This document shows, piece after piece, positions 1 to 8,991 of a stretch of 64,000 nt of DNA. How positions within the stretch are numbered: position 1 is the stretch's first letter; every line of letters starts with the position of its first letter. Position numbers and translations under genes: made by a program. The notes beneath the pieces were generated by a model. The model was not told where the DNA came from and did not search any database. It saw only the letters and a program-made list of their open reading frames with translations. The stretch covers positions 3,634 through 67,633 of the forward strand of contig CAZPVP010000003.1 in the NCBI GenBank assembly GCA_964590345.1. The letters run 5' to 3'. The stretch comes from an uncultured Gammaproteobacteria bacterium. Lineage in GTDB: Bacteria > Patescibacteriota > Patescibacteriia > CAIXNZ01.

Positions 1-8
1 TTAGATAT

Positions 9-668
9 GTGTATGTAGCAGAAAAGGATAAAATGAATAAGGCACTAGGAGTAAATGCTGTAATCGGCTCAATAAAACAATGGACAGATATGAATTTAAA
101 TGGGTTAAAGCCCGATTTAAAACCGACAGGCACAAGCTCACCTCAATATATTTTAATTAATTACCGTAGAAATTCCAGAAAAAATAAAATAATGACTGCT
201 TATAAAAAAAGAAGCACAATTGTTGGATCACCAGCAAAACCGATGTGCAATGAAGAATTGGCTTCACTTTGGCATTTTCCAAGCATGTATATAAAAGCGC
301 CGTTGCTTAAAAAGACAGAATTTACTAAAGCAGCAGCGCCAGTTGGTTTGCCAATGAGCGAAGCACCAGTAGAAACAGAAGCTGAAAAGAAAAAAGCCGA
401 AGAAATAGTAGAAGAAGCAGCAGTAAAAGCCCAAGTTGAGCCAACTTTTGATTATGACAGCGATGAATTTGAGAAACAGTTTGCTAAAGATAAAAAATCC
501 TTTAAAGAAAGCCGGTCCGCTCGCGAAAAGCGATTAAAAGAAATAGAAAAAGAAGAAAAGAATAAATTGAAAGAAAAGCAAGAATCAGAAATTTCAGCAG
601 AAGAGCGAGAAGATCAAAAAAAAGAATCAGCTGAAAATATCCCGGGAAATTTGCCATTTATTGATTAA
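9..668 (+). CDS. hypothetical protein with a Lys/Glu-rich low-complexity C-terminus (219 aa as given, possibly N-terminally incomplete or mis-started); contains an ELASLWHFP motif
   Basis: ORF track. It sits directly upstream of and on the same strand as the VirD4-like ATPase. I could recognise no family. Confidence 0.35.
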   Translation: MYVAEKDKMNKALGVNAVIGSIKQWTDMNLNGLKPDLKPTGTSSPQYILINYRRNSRKNKIMTAYKKRSTIVGSPAKPMCNEELASLWHFPSMYIKAPLLKKTEFTKAAAPVGLPMSEAPVETEAEKKKAEEIVEEAAVKAQVEPTFDYDSDEFEKQFAKDKKSFKESRSAREKRLKEIEKEEKNKLKEKQESEISAEEREDQKKESAENIPGNLPFID

Positions 669-736
669 ATATTACGAATTACGAATCGGTACGAATATAC
701 TAATTATCAAGCAGTAAGGTAAATCAATTAAATTAT

Positions 737-2743
737 ATGGAAGAAGAAAAAAAACAAAAACAAGAAATTAAATCAGATGTAACTCCTTTTGCGGTCACTA
801 CTTTTAGAAACAGGGAGCGCGTTTTTGGTATTAAAAAAGACGATCGCAGACGTCACGTTTATATTATAGGTAAGACCGGTATGGGGAAAACGACTTTAAT
901 TGAAAATATGGTTTATTCAGATATAATTTCTGGCAATGGAGTTTGTTATGTTGATCCTCATGGTGATACAGCAGAAAAGATACTTGAATGGATACCATCA
1001 AGTCGTATTAATGATGTGATATATTTTAATCCGGCTGATTTAGAATACCCGATATCTTTTAATGTTTTGGAAAAAGTAGCGCCAAAACATCGCCACTTAA
1101 TCGCTTCTGGTTTAGTGGGTGTTTTTAAAAAATTGTGGGCTGATTCCTGGGGACCAAGATTAGAGTATATTTTAAGAAATGCAATTTTAGCTCTTTTAGA
1201 GTATCCTGACAGTACATTACTCGGCATTAATAGAATGTTAGTTGATAAAGAATATCGTAAAAAAGTAGTCGCAAAAATTTCTGATCCAGTGGTTAAATCA
1301 TTTTGGGTTGACGAATTTCCAAAATGGAATGAACGTGTTTTGCAGGAAGTTGTTTCACCGATTCAAAATAAAGTCGGGCAGTTTTTGTCAACGGCTTTGA
1401 TTCGTAATGTCGTCGGACAAGTAAAATCATCTATTAATTTGCGCAAAGTTATGGATGAAGGCAAAATTTTAATTTTAAATCTTTCTAAGGGCAGGATGGG
1501 AGAAGATGCCTCTGCTTTGCTTGGTTCTATGATGGTGACAAAAATTCAATTGGCGGCGATGAGCCGAGTTGATATATCTGAAGAAGAAAGAAGGGATTTT
1601 TATCTTTATGTAGATGAATTTCAAAATTTTGCCACTGATTCATTTGCTGATATTTTGTCAGAAGCGCGTAAATACCGTTTAAATTTAATTATTGCCCATC
1701 AGTATATTGAACAATTGGGTGAAGTAGTTCAGCCCGCTGTTTTTGGCAACGTGGGTACTTTAATAGTTTTTCGTATTGGCGCGGCAGACGCTGAGTTTTT
1801 AGAAAAAGAATTTGACCCATATTTAACCATGCAGGATTTGGTTAATTTGCCCAAATACCATATTTATTTGAAATTAATGATTGATGGGGTTGCTTCTGAA
1901 CCATTTTCAGCAAAAGGCTTGCCTCCCGTTTATAGTGAATCTTTGGGCAATGAAGAAAAAGTTATTACTGTTTCCAGAGAAAGATATGCTAAGCCAAGAG
2001 ATACTGTTGAAGATAAAATTAAAAGATGGAGTGAAACAAGAGCTGAAGAACCGCCAAGGGGTTTTGAAGAGAGAGCGCCAAAAGGTGTAAGGCCAGGGCA
2101 AAGACCTGCGCCCTCATCTGTTCAGCCCCCAGCAAGTGAAGAGAAAAAAGCTAAGCATCAGAAGACAAAAAAAGGCTTCCCAGCCGTTTGTTATAACTGC
2201 GACAAAGAAATTGAAGTACCTTTTAAACCCGATAATGTTCGGCCAGTTTTTTGCAAAGAGTGTTTAAAAAATGCCCGTCGCGGTGAGATTAAAATTAAAA
2301 AGAAGCAGCCAGCTGAAGAGAAAGCTGAGGCTAAAGTTAAAGATGAAGGTGTTTCATTATCGCAAATAGAAAAAAAGACTTTTGATTTTAAAGGACGTTT
2401 GGTTGAGGCAAAGCCAGCTAAGAAAGAAGAGTCTAAAAAAGAAGAAAAACAAATTAAAAAAACAAAACAAAGAGAAGAGAAACCTATTCAAAAGACAGAG
2501 GAAAAAAAGGAAGAGAAATCCTCTGAAAAAGTAAAAGTTAAGCAAGAAGAAAAAACAGTTCAAAGGCTAGAAGGGGAAAGGGCAGAAAATAAGAGAGAAG
2601 AAGTGCCAGTTAAAAAAAAGGAAGAAATAGAGGAAAAGAGTGGAGTAGCTGAAGAAAAATCAGCTAAAAAACCCTCAGTTGATTTATTAGCCGGACAAGA
2701 TGAGGAAAAAGAAGTTAATGAAGGAGAAGTCATCGAATTATGA
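737..2743 (+). CDS. P-loop NTPase of the VirD4/TraG/TraD (type IV coupling protein) / DUF87-HerA-like clade, soluble (no TM segments), with a C-terminal CxxC..CxxC zinc ribbon and a long K/E-rich tail
   Basis: Walker A GKTGMGKTT, Walker B-like YLYVDEFQNF, and the LIIAHQ motif typical of TraG/VirD4/HerA-like ATPases. Zinc ribbon CYNCDKEIEVPFKPDNVRPVFCKEC. K/E-rich tail from about aa 480. Confidence 0.55.
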   Translation: MEEEKKQKQEIKSDVTPFAVTTFRNRERVFGIKKDDRRRHVYIIGKTGMGKTTLIENMVYSDIISGNGVCYVDPHGDTAEKILEWIPSSRINDVIYFNPADLEYPISFNVLEKVAPKHRHLIASGLVGVFKKLWADSWGPRLEYILRNAILALLEYPDSTLLGINRMLVDKEYRKKVVAKISDPVVKSFWVDEFPKWNERVLQEVVSPIQNKVGQFLSTALIRNVVGQVKSSINLRKVMDEGKILILNLSKGRMGEDASALLGSMMVTKIQLAAMSRVDISEEERRDFYLYVDEFQNFATDSFADILSEARKYRLNLIIAHQYIEQLGEVVQPAVFGNVGTLIVFRIGAADAEFLEKEFDPYLTMQDLVNLPKYHIYLKLMIDGVASEPFSAKGLPPVYSESLGNEEKVITVSRERYAKPRDTVEDKIKRWSETRAEEPPRGFEERAPKGVRPGQRPAPSSVQPPASEEKKAKHQKTKKGFPAVCYNCDKEIEVPFKPDNVRPVFCKECLKNARRGEIKIKKKQPAEEKAEAKVKDEGVSLSQIEKKTFDFKGRLVEAKPAKKEESKKEEKQIKKTKQREEKPIQKTEEKKEEKSSEKVKVKQEEKTVQRLEGERAENKREEVPVKKKEEIEEKSGVAEEKSAKKPSVDLLAGQDEEKEVNEGEVIEL

Positions 2744-2798
2744 AATCTGAATGCTGAAATCGGAGATTTATATTAGGGATAATTAATAATTTAAAATA

Positions 2799-3254
2799 AT
2801 GATTTATTTAGGTGCGGATCACGGCGGGTTTAAATTAAAACAAGCGATTATACAATATTTAGCTAACTTAAATCTGGAATATAAGGATTTAGGCAATTTT
2901 AAATTAGAAAAAGATGATGATTATCCTGATTACGGTTATAAAGTTGCCAAAGCAGTGGCTAAAGATAAAAATTCAAAGGGAATTTTAATTTGTGGTTCCT
3001 CTTTTGGAGTATGTATTGTGGCTAATAAAGTTAAAGGCATAAGAGCGGTTTCTGTTAGCACAGTTAATGATGCTAAATTATCGCGTGAGCATAATCATGC
3101 CAATGTTTTGTGCTTATCTGGTTGGGATACTTCAGTTATAAAAGCCAAAAAAATTGTCAAAGCCTGGTTAAATACCAAATTTTCTAACAAGCCTCGTCAT
3201 CGTCGCAGATTGAATAAAATTAAACAAATTGAAAATAAGGATTTTAAAGACTGA
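2799..3254 (+). CDS. rpiB: ribose-5-phosphate isomerase B (RpiB/LacAB family)
   Basis: N-terminus MIYLGADHGGFKLK and the ILICGSSFGVCIVANK motif characteristic of RpiB. Confidence 0.9.
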   Translation: MIYLGADHGGFKLKQAIIQYLANLNLEYKDLGNFKLEKDDDYPDYGYKVAKAVAKDKNSKGILICGSSFGVCIVANKVKGIRAVSVSTVNDAKLSREHNHANVLCLSGWDTSVIKAKKIVKAWLNTKFSNKPRHRRRLNKIKQIENKDFKD

Positions 3255-3294
3255 AGTCTTAATTTCGGGAGCAGTAACACACTCCCATACATAT

Positions 3295-3948
3295 ATGAAT
3301 ATTCAAATTGTTCCAACACTTTTAACCCATTCTTTAGCTGAATTTAAATCGAAATTAAAAAAACTTGAGCCTTATTTTGCATTAATCCAAATCGACTGTG
3401 CTGATGGGAAATTTGTGAAAAATAAAACTTTTTACGATATCAATAAGATTAAAAAAATCAGAACCAAAGTCAATTACGAGCTGCATTTAATGGTTAAAGA
3501 ACCATTAAAAGAGATTAAAAAATGGGAGAATTTTAAAAAAGTTAAAAAAATTATTTTTCATTATGAAGCATTAAAAAGTGATCAGCAAGTTTTGGAACTA
3601 ATTGAATATTTGAAAAAAATAAAAATTAAAGCTGGTTTGGCTGTTAATCCGGAAACAAAAGTTGAAAAGGTTAAAAAATTTATTCCCAAATTGGATTTGA
3701 TTTTATTTTTAGGTGTCAAACCTGGTTGGGGAGGACAAAAATTTCAGCCCAGAATTTTAAATAAAATTCGCAAAGTTAGAAAATTATATCCAAAACTTGA
3801 TATTGAAGTTGATGGGGGAGTTAATTTAAAAAATGCTAAACAAATTATTAAAGCGGGTGCAAATATTTTGGCGGCTGGCAGTTTATTTATTAAATCAGAA
3901 TATATTAGGCAAACAATTACTCAAATAAAGAATAAATTTAAAAAATAA
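3295..3948 (+). CDS. rpe: ribulose-phosphate 3-epimerase
   Basis: TIM-barrel Rpe pattern (IQIVPTLLTHS, IQIDCADGKFV, LHLMV, DIEVDGGVN). I moved the start to the in-frame ATG at 3295 because the track start at 3229 overlaps rpiB. Confidence 0.8.
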   Translation: MNIQIVPTLLTHSLAEFKSKLKKLEPYFALIQIDCADGKFVKNKTFYDINKIKKIRTKVNYELHLMVKEPLKEIKKWENFKKVKKIIFHYEALKSDQQVLELIEYLKKIKIKAGLAVNPETKVEKVKKFIPKLDLILFLGVKPGWGGQKFQPRILNKIRKVRKLYPKLDIEVDGGVNLKNAKQIIKAGANILAAGSLFIKSEYIRQTITQIKNKFKK

Positions 3949-3958
3949 CTTAAGCTTT

Positions 3959-4171
3959 ATGAAAAATGTAAATTACAATCTGATTAAGATGCTTCATAAC
4001 ACACTCGATGACTTGTGGCGTTTGGAAAATTTTTACATTAAAGATGCCAAAAAAATGAAATGTAAGGGCTGTCAGGCGGTTTATGAGCAAATGCGCGTAG
4101 AGTTGAAGAAGCACATTAATTTACTACGAGATGAGTTAGCTGATCATATCGAAAAAGGTAAATTTAAATAA
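3959..4171 (+). CDS. small hypothetical protein (70 aa) with a single CKGC motif
   Basis: ORF only. Confidence 0.3.
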   Translation: MKNVNYNLIKMLHNTLDDLWRLENFYIKDAKKMKCKGCQAVYEQMRVELKKHINLLRDELADHIEKGKFK

Positions 4172-4180
4172 TTAAATTTT

Positions 4181-4609
4181 ATGATTAATAAAAAAATATA
4201 TCGTTGTTCAGTCTGTGGCTATATTTATCGTGATAAAAATGCTCCGTGTGAGTGTCCTTTTTGCCATAATAAAGGTGTTTTTGAAGAAATACCCGAAGAT
4301 AAAATTAATTTTGAATTTTTTAAAGATGCTTGGACAAAACAGGTTAATTGGATGAACTCAACCAAATATCAGGATGAGATTATGTTAAATCCCGACGAAA
4401 AGATTTTAAAAGATTTAGCTGAGACTATGGGGAAATATTTAAAAGATAACAAACAAGCTTATTGTCCTTGTCGTCTTTTATCGGGGGATAAAGAAGCCGA
4501 TCGCAAAATAATTTGCCCTTGTTATTTGTATATGGGTGAAATTGAGACGCAAGGAAAATGCCATTGTTCGCTTTATTTGGTAAAAAATAAAAAGAAGTCT
4601 GAGATTTGA
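4181..4609 (+). CDS. rubredoxin-like domain fused to a ferredoxin:thioredoxin reductase catalytic-subunit-like (FTR-C) domain
   Basis: N-terminal CSVCG..CECPFC (rubredoxin-type CxxC/CPxC knuckles). C-terminal CPCR...CPC...CHC, the FTR catalytic-subunit signature. Confidence 0.6.
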   Translation: MINKKIYRCSVCGYIYRDKNAPCECPFCHNKGVFEEIPEDKINFEFFKDAWTKQVNWMNSTKYQDEIMLNPDEKILKDLAETMGKYLKDNKQAYCPCRLLSGDKEADRKIICPCYLYMGEIETQGKCHCSLYLVKNKKKSEI

Positions 4610-4619
4610 GATCTGATTT

Positions 4620-5444
4620 ATGAAATATAATTTAAAAAAACTTAAGAAAACAGCTAATTTTTTACGCCAGGACGTGATTAAAATGCTGGCAGAAGCTGGT
4701 TCTGGCCATTCAGCCGGATCCTTGGGCTTGGCTGATATTTTCGCGGCTTTATATTTTAATATTTTAAATCATAAGCCGAAAAAGCCGAATTGGCCAAATC
4801 GTGATCGCTTGATTTTATCCTGTGGCCATATTGCGCCAATTCGTTATGCTGCCATGGCTAGAAGCGGTTACTTTCCAGTTAAAGAACTCAAAACTTTACG
4901 TAAATTAGGTTCACGTTTACAAGGCCATCCTTCAATGGCTGATTTGCCTGGTTTAGAAAATTCCTCTGGGCCTTTGGGACAGGGAGTTTCAGTGGCTGTG
5001 GGCAAGGCTTTAGCAGCGAAAATGAACCGCAAAAAATATTTTGTTTATTGCATAACTAGTGACGGCGAGCAGGATGAGGGCCAGACTTGGGAGGCAGTTA
5101 TGGCAGCGGCCAAATATAAACTTAATAATTTAATTTTTATTTTAGACAGAAATCAAATTCAAATTGATGGTTATACACAAGATATTATGCCATTGGAATT
5201 TTTGAAAACCAAATACGAGGCATTTAATTGGTTTGCAATGGAAACTGACGGCAATGATATTGAAAAAGTAATTAAATCATTGGAAATCGTTAAGCGGGGA
5301 AAGGATCGGCCAAAAATTATAATAGCTAGAACCGTGCCAGGAAAAGGAGTTAGTTTTATGGAAAACCGATGGGAATGGCATGGCCGGACGCCTTCTAAAA
5401 ATGAGGCAGAAAAGGCTTTAGCGGAATTACAAAAGGCGCTTTAA
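4620..5444 (+). CDS. transketolase, N-terminal (thiamine-diphosphate-binding) subunit of a split enzyme
   Basis: GHSAGSLGLADIF, ILSCGH and GDGEQDEG motifs. Followed immediately by the C-terminal subunit gene. Confidence 0.9.
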   Translation: MKYNLKKLKKTANFLRQDVIKMLAEAGSGHSAGSLGLADIFAALYFNILNHKPKKPNWPNRDRLILSCGHIAPIRYAAMARSGYFPVKELKTLRKLGSRLQGHPSMADLPGLENSSGPLGQGVSVAVGKALAAKMNRKKYFVYCITSDGEQDEGQTWEAVMAAAKYKLNNLIFILDRNQIQIDGYTQDIMPLEFLKTKYEAFNWFAMETDGNDIEKVIKSLEIVKRGKDRPKIIIARTVPGKGVSFMENRWEWHGRTPSKNEAEKALAELQKAL

Positions 5445-5445
5445 A

Positions 5446-6429
5446 ATGACAAATAACAAATATCAAATGACAAATATCAAAATTCAAATAAAAAAACAAT
5501 CTCTATTAAAAGCCTGTCGTGACGGTTTTGGCGAGGCGCTTTTAGAATTAGGCAAAAGGAATAAAAATGTGGTTGCTGTTTCTGCTGATTTGGCTGAATC
5601 AACGCGCTGTTTAGATTTTAGTAAAAAATATCCGGAACGTTTTGTTGAAGTCGGTGTAGCTGAACAAAATATGGCCGGGGTAGCAGCTGGATTGGCTTTG
5701 GAAGGCAAAATACCATTCACGTGTTCATTTGCTGTTTTTTCTCCGGGCCGAAATTGGGAACAGATTCGGATTTCAATTTGTTATAATAAAGCTAATGTAA
5801 AAATAGTTAGTTCGCATGCTGGTTTAAATGTGGGGGAAGACGGCGCAACTCATCAGGCCTTGGAAGATATTGCCTTAATGAGAGTTTTACCTAATATGAC
5901 AGTGATTGCGCCTTGTGATTATTTAGAAACTAAAAAAGCGGTTTTGGCAGTTGCTAAGATTAAGGTTCCGGTCTATATCCGTTTCGGCCGGGAAAAAACT
6001 CCTGTTTTTACAGAGCCAAGAAAATCTTTTAAAATCGGCAAGGCTGAAATTTTTAAAGAAGGTCAGGATGTGACAATAATTGCTTGCGGACCAATGGTTT
6101 ATGAGGCATTGTTGGCAGCTAAGGAATTAAAAAAAGAAAAAATAGATGCAGAAGTCATAAATTGCCATACCATTAAGCCTATTGATGCCAAGACAATTAT
6201 TCGTTCGGTTAAAAAAACAAATCGGGTAGTGACAATTGAAGAACACCAGGTTAACGGGGGATTAGGCAGTGCCATAGCAGAAATTTTAGGCCAAAATTAT
6301 CCCGCCCCTATAAAAATAATCGGTATGCCAGATAAATTTGGCGAGTCGGGAAAAGCACAGCAGCTTTTAGATAAATATAATTTAACTGCTGATAATATAG
6401 CTGATCAATGTTATAAATTAATGAAATAA
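5446..6429 (+). CDS. transketolase, C-terminal (pyrimidine-binding plus C-terminal domain) subunit
   Basis: EVGVAEQNMAGVAAGLA and HAGLNVGEDGATHQ motifs. One-base gap after the N-terminal subunit gene. Confidence 0.9.
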   Translation: MTNNKYQMTNIKIQIKKQSLLKACRDGFGEALLELGKRNKNVVAVSADLAESTRCLDFSKKYPERFVEVGVAEQNMAGVAAGLALEGKIPFTCSFAVFSPGRNWEQIRISICYNKANVKIVSSHAGLNVGEDGATHQALEDIALMRVLPNMTVIAPCDYLETKKAVLAVAKIKVPVYIRFGREKTPVFTEPRKSFKIGKAEIFKEGQDVTIIACGPMVYEALLAAKELKKEKIDAEVINCHTIKPIDAKTIIRSVKKTNRVVTIEEHQVNGGLGSAIAEILGQNYPAPIKIIGMPDKFGESGKAQQLLDKYNLTADNIADQCYKLMK

Positions 6430-6431
6430 AT

Positions 6432-7346
6432 ATGGAAAAACCAAAACAACTATACATTTTACCATTTGATCACCGCTCAACTTTCAGGCGCGGTTTATTC
6501 GGCTGGAAAGAACCGATTAATAAATCGCAAGTTCAAAAAATAAAAGATACAAAAAAAATGATTTGGCAGGCCTTTTTAAAGGTTCATCTAAAAAGTCATT
6601 TCAAAGAATATCTCGGTATTTTAATTGACGAGCAGTTTGGGTCGGAGATATTAAGAGAAGCCAAGAAGTTGGGTGTAATCACTATTTTGACTACGGAAAA
6701 AAGCGGAGAAAAAGTTTTTGATTTTGAGTATGGAAAAGATTTTGGCAAGCATATTTTAAAATTTAAGCCGGATTATGCTAAAGTATTGGTTCGTTATAAT
6801 CCAAGCAATAAAAAACACAATTTGGTTCAATTGAAAAGACTTAAAAAGATAAATAATTTTTGCCAGAAAAACAAAATTGGTTTTTTGTTTGAATTATTGG
6901 TGCCGGCAACTGATGAGCAATTGAGAGTTTATAAAGATAAGTTTACTTATGACAAGAAAGCCAGGCCCAATTTAACCAAAACAGCGATTAAGGAAATTCG
7001 CGCATTTGGTATTGAGCCTGACATTTGGAAATTAGAGGCCATGGATAAAAAATTTGATTGGCCAATGATTATTAAGGAAATCAAGAAGAATAATAAAAAA
7101 AATTTTAAAATAATTGTTTTGGGCAGAGCCGCTCCTAAACCGGTCGTTAAATATTGGTTAAAAACCGCTGTTAATTTTGAAGAAATTTTCGGTTTTGCAA
7201 TCGGTAGGACGATATTTTTCGCGCCTTTGAAAAAATATCGCGATAAAAAAATTACAAAAAGAAAAGCAATAGACCTGATTGGCAAGAATTTTCAATTTTT
7301 CATTAAGTTTTGGCAAAAACAAAAGATTGGTAAAAAATATTATTAA
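6432..7346 (+). CDS. DUF2090-like TIM-barrel protein (putative class I aldolase-like), partner of the following PfkB kinase
   Basis: The N-terminal YILPFDHRSTFRR pattern resembles the DUF2090 domain found fused or adjacent to IolC-type sugar kinases. Tentative. Confidence 0.35.
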   Translation: MEKPKQLYILPFDHRSTFRRGLFGWKEPINKSQVQKIKDTKKMIWQAFLKVHLKSHFKEYLGILIDEQFGSEILREAKKLGVITILTTEKSGEKVFDFEYGKDFGKHILKFKPDYAKVLVRYNPSNKKHNLVQLKRLKKINNFCQKNKIGFLFELLVPATDEQLRVYKDKFTYDKKARPNLTKTAIKEIRAFGIEPDIWKLEAMDKKFDWPMIIKEIKKNNKKNFKIIVLGRAAPKPVVKYWLKTAVNFEEIFGFAIGRTIFFAPLKKYRDKKITKRKAIDLIGKNFQFFIKFWQKQKIGKKYY

Positions 7347-7360
7347 TTAAAATATTTAAT

Positions 7361-8335
7361 ATGTATGACATTATTACAATTGGTTCAGCGACAAAAGACG
7401 TGTTTTTGCTTTCTAAAAATTTTAAATTAATTAAATCTGATAAATTTAGGGGAGGTGTCGGTGAATGTTTCGCTTATGGTGCAAAAATTGAATTAGGGGA
7501 TATTTATTTTGATACTGGCGGAGGCGCAACAAATACAGCTTATACATTTTCTAATTTAGGTTTAAATCCATCGATAGTATCCAGAATTGGTAATGATATT
7601 TATGGCATAGAAATTTTGACAGTTTTGGCTGATAAAGGCATTGATATAAGTAATTTAACAGTTGATAAAAAGCACAAGACTGCTTATTCAACAATTTTAA
7701 TTACCCCTGAAGGTGATCGAACAATTTTAGTCTACAGAGGCGCTAGCGCTAATTTTTCAGCTAAGGATTTTAATTTCGCTAAATTGAAAACCAAATGGTT
7801 TTATATATCATCTTTGGCTGGCAATATAGAGTTATTAAAAAAAATTTTTTCTTTTGCCAAAAAAAATAAAATCAAAATTGCCTGGAATCCAGGCAGCGGT
7901 GAATTAAAATTAGGCAAAAGCAAGTTGGCGCCATTAATTAAGCAAACGACAATTTTTAATGTTAATAAAGAAGAAGCCGCTAAATTATCTGGCAGAAAAG
8001 AGATAAAGCAAATTTATAAAGTTTTAGACAATTTGACCCCGAATTATTTGGTTATAACCGATGGAGACAAAGGCGCATATTTGTCTGATGATATGCTGAT
8101 TTACCATGCCAAGGCTCTTGGTTCAAAGCCAGTCAATACAACTGGAGCAGGCGATGCATTTGGTTCGGCTTTTTGCGCTGGTTTGATTTTAAAGAATGAT
8201 TGGGATTTTGCTTTGCGTTTGGCAATTTTAAATTCTGACGGGGTGATTAAGGAAATGGGCGCCAAAAATGGCCTTTTACCAAAAATACCAAAACAAAAAA
8301 AATTAGATAAAGTTAAAATAACTATTTTAAAATGA
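7361..8335 (+). CDS. PfkB-family carbohydrate/nucleoside kinase (ribokinase-like)
   Basis: N-terminal GG motif (DTGGGATNTA) and C-terminal GAGDAFGSAF anion-hole motif. Confidence 0.8.
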   Translation: MYDIITIGSATKDVFLLSKNFKLIKSDKFRGGVGECFAYGAKIELGDIYFDTGGGATNTAYTFSNLGLNPSIVSRIGNDIYGIEILTVLADKGIDISNLTVDKKHKTAYSTILITPEGDRTILVYRGASANFSAKDFNFAKLKTKWFYISSLAGNIELLKKIFSFAKKNKIKIAWNPGSGELKLGKSKLAPLIKQTTIFNVNKEEAAKLSGRKEIKQIYKVLDNLTPNYLVITDGDKGAYLSDDMLIYHAKALGSKPVNTTGAGDAFGSAFCAGLILKNDWDFALRLAILNSDGVIKEMGAKNGLLPKIPKQKKLDKVKITILK

Positions 8336-8784
8336 AAAAACACGTCATCTTTGATTATAATAAAATTACATCCTTAATATATTTGGGAACAAACTCTTGT
8401 TGTCAGACGCATTTTAAACAGGAGTTGTTAAATAAAGGTATCAGAGGTGATATTTCTTTAGAAGGGGAAAGAATTGATCAACCAGAAGGCATTGATTGTT
8501 TTTTATGGTTGCCGGTTAAGGATCATACTGCACCAAGTTTGAAACAGCTTTGGATAGGAGTAAAAACCATAGAAGCTTTGCTTGATCAGAAAGTTAAGAT
8601 TTATTTGCATTGTAAAAACGGCCATGGCAGAGCGCCAACAATGCTGGCCGCTTATTTTATTTATAATGGCATGACAATTAATCAGGCAATTGAAAAGATA
8701 GTTAAGAAAAGGCCAGAAATTCATATAGAAGAAAGTCAGAAAAGACAATTACAAAAATTCAAGAAATATACAAAGAAAACATAA
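8332..8784 (+). CDS. dual-specificity / tyrosine protein phosphatase (CX5R)
   Basis: HCKNGHGRAP P-loop (C-x5-R) typical of DSP/PTP-fold phosphatases. Confidence 0.7.
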   Translation: MKKHVIFDYNKITSLIYLGTNSCCQTHFKQELLNKGIRGDISLEGERIDQPEGIDCFLWLPVKDHTAPSLKQLWIGVKTIEALLDQKVKIYLHCKNGHGRAPTMLAAYFIYNGMTINQAIEKIVKKRPEIHIEESQKRQLQKFKKYTKKT

Positions 8785-8819
8785 TAAACATAAACTTGTG
8801 GAAAAAAGAATTAAAAAAC

Positions 8820-8848
8820 TTGACAGATTTTTGTCAGGTTTTTATAAT
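8820..8848 (+). promoter_or_regulatory. sigma70-like promoter TTGACA-17-TATAAT with a palindrome TGACAgatttttTGTCA overlapping the -35 element
   Basis: Read directly: TTGACA at 8820-8825, a 17-nt spacer, TATAAT at 8843-8848. Confidence 0.5.
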
Positions 8849-8882
8849 CTTGTATATAAAAATAAAAATTAATATCAAAGCC

Positions 8883-8987
8883 ATGTCAGATCCTTGTCCT
8901 GTTTGCGAGCAAGATCCTTGTACTTGCGAGCAAGATTATATATATCATCCTCCGACAACCGCTGATTTAGATGATGATGAAGAATAA
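8883..8987 (+). CDS. putative 34-aa Cys-rich acidic peptide (MSDPCPVCEQDPCTCEQDYIYHPPTTADLDDDEE)
   Basis: In-frame ATG inside track ORF 8796-8987. It lies between a consensus promoter and an intrinsic terminator. There is no clear SD sequence. Confidence 0.3.
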   Translation: MSDPCPVCEQDPCTCEQDYIYHPPTTADLDDDEE

Positions 8988-8991
8988 GCGC

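Noticed and set aside
669-712. Considered the TACGAAT / CTGARAT arrays to be cloning-adapter or assembly artefacts
   Set aside because: They occur at many internal positions with variable copy number and flanks. They are embedded in otherwise normal intergenic sequence and even within a coding region. This fits genuine genomic miniature repeats better than artefacts, though it remains unverified.
958-1227. Antisense or alternate-frame ORFs nested inside long CDSs (for example 958-1227 -, 1881-2101 +/-, 2357-2563 -, 5484-5720 -, 6947-7285 -, 8101-8343 -, 8503-8748 -, 11661-11852 -, 12776-12964 +, 15072-15257 -, 16737-17015 -, 22277-22489 -, 23872-24108 -, 27136-27345 +, 28270-28557 -, 29815-30042 -, 32739-33178 +/-, 33974-34329 -, 35083-35310 -, 37655-37849 -, 38811-39095 -, 39715-40130 +/-, 40513-40948 -, 44229-44420 -, 45055-45320 -, 45615-45923 -, 47259-47450 +, 47976-48360 +, 48557-48817 -, 50525-50866 -, 54985-55298 +, 55451-55693 +, 57415-58121 +, 59381-59650 +)
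   Set aside because: Each lies wholly within a longer ORF that has clear family motifs on the other strand or frame. Their translations are low-complexity, Phe/Leu/Asn-rich as expected from AT-rich antisense, and have no start or SD context. I treat them as spurious.
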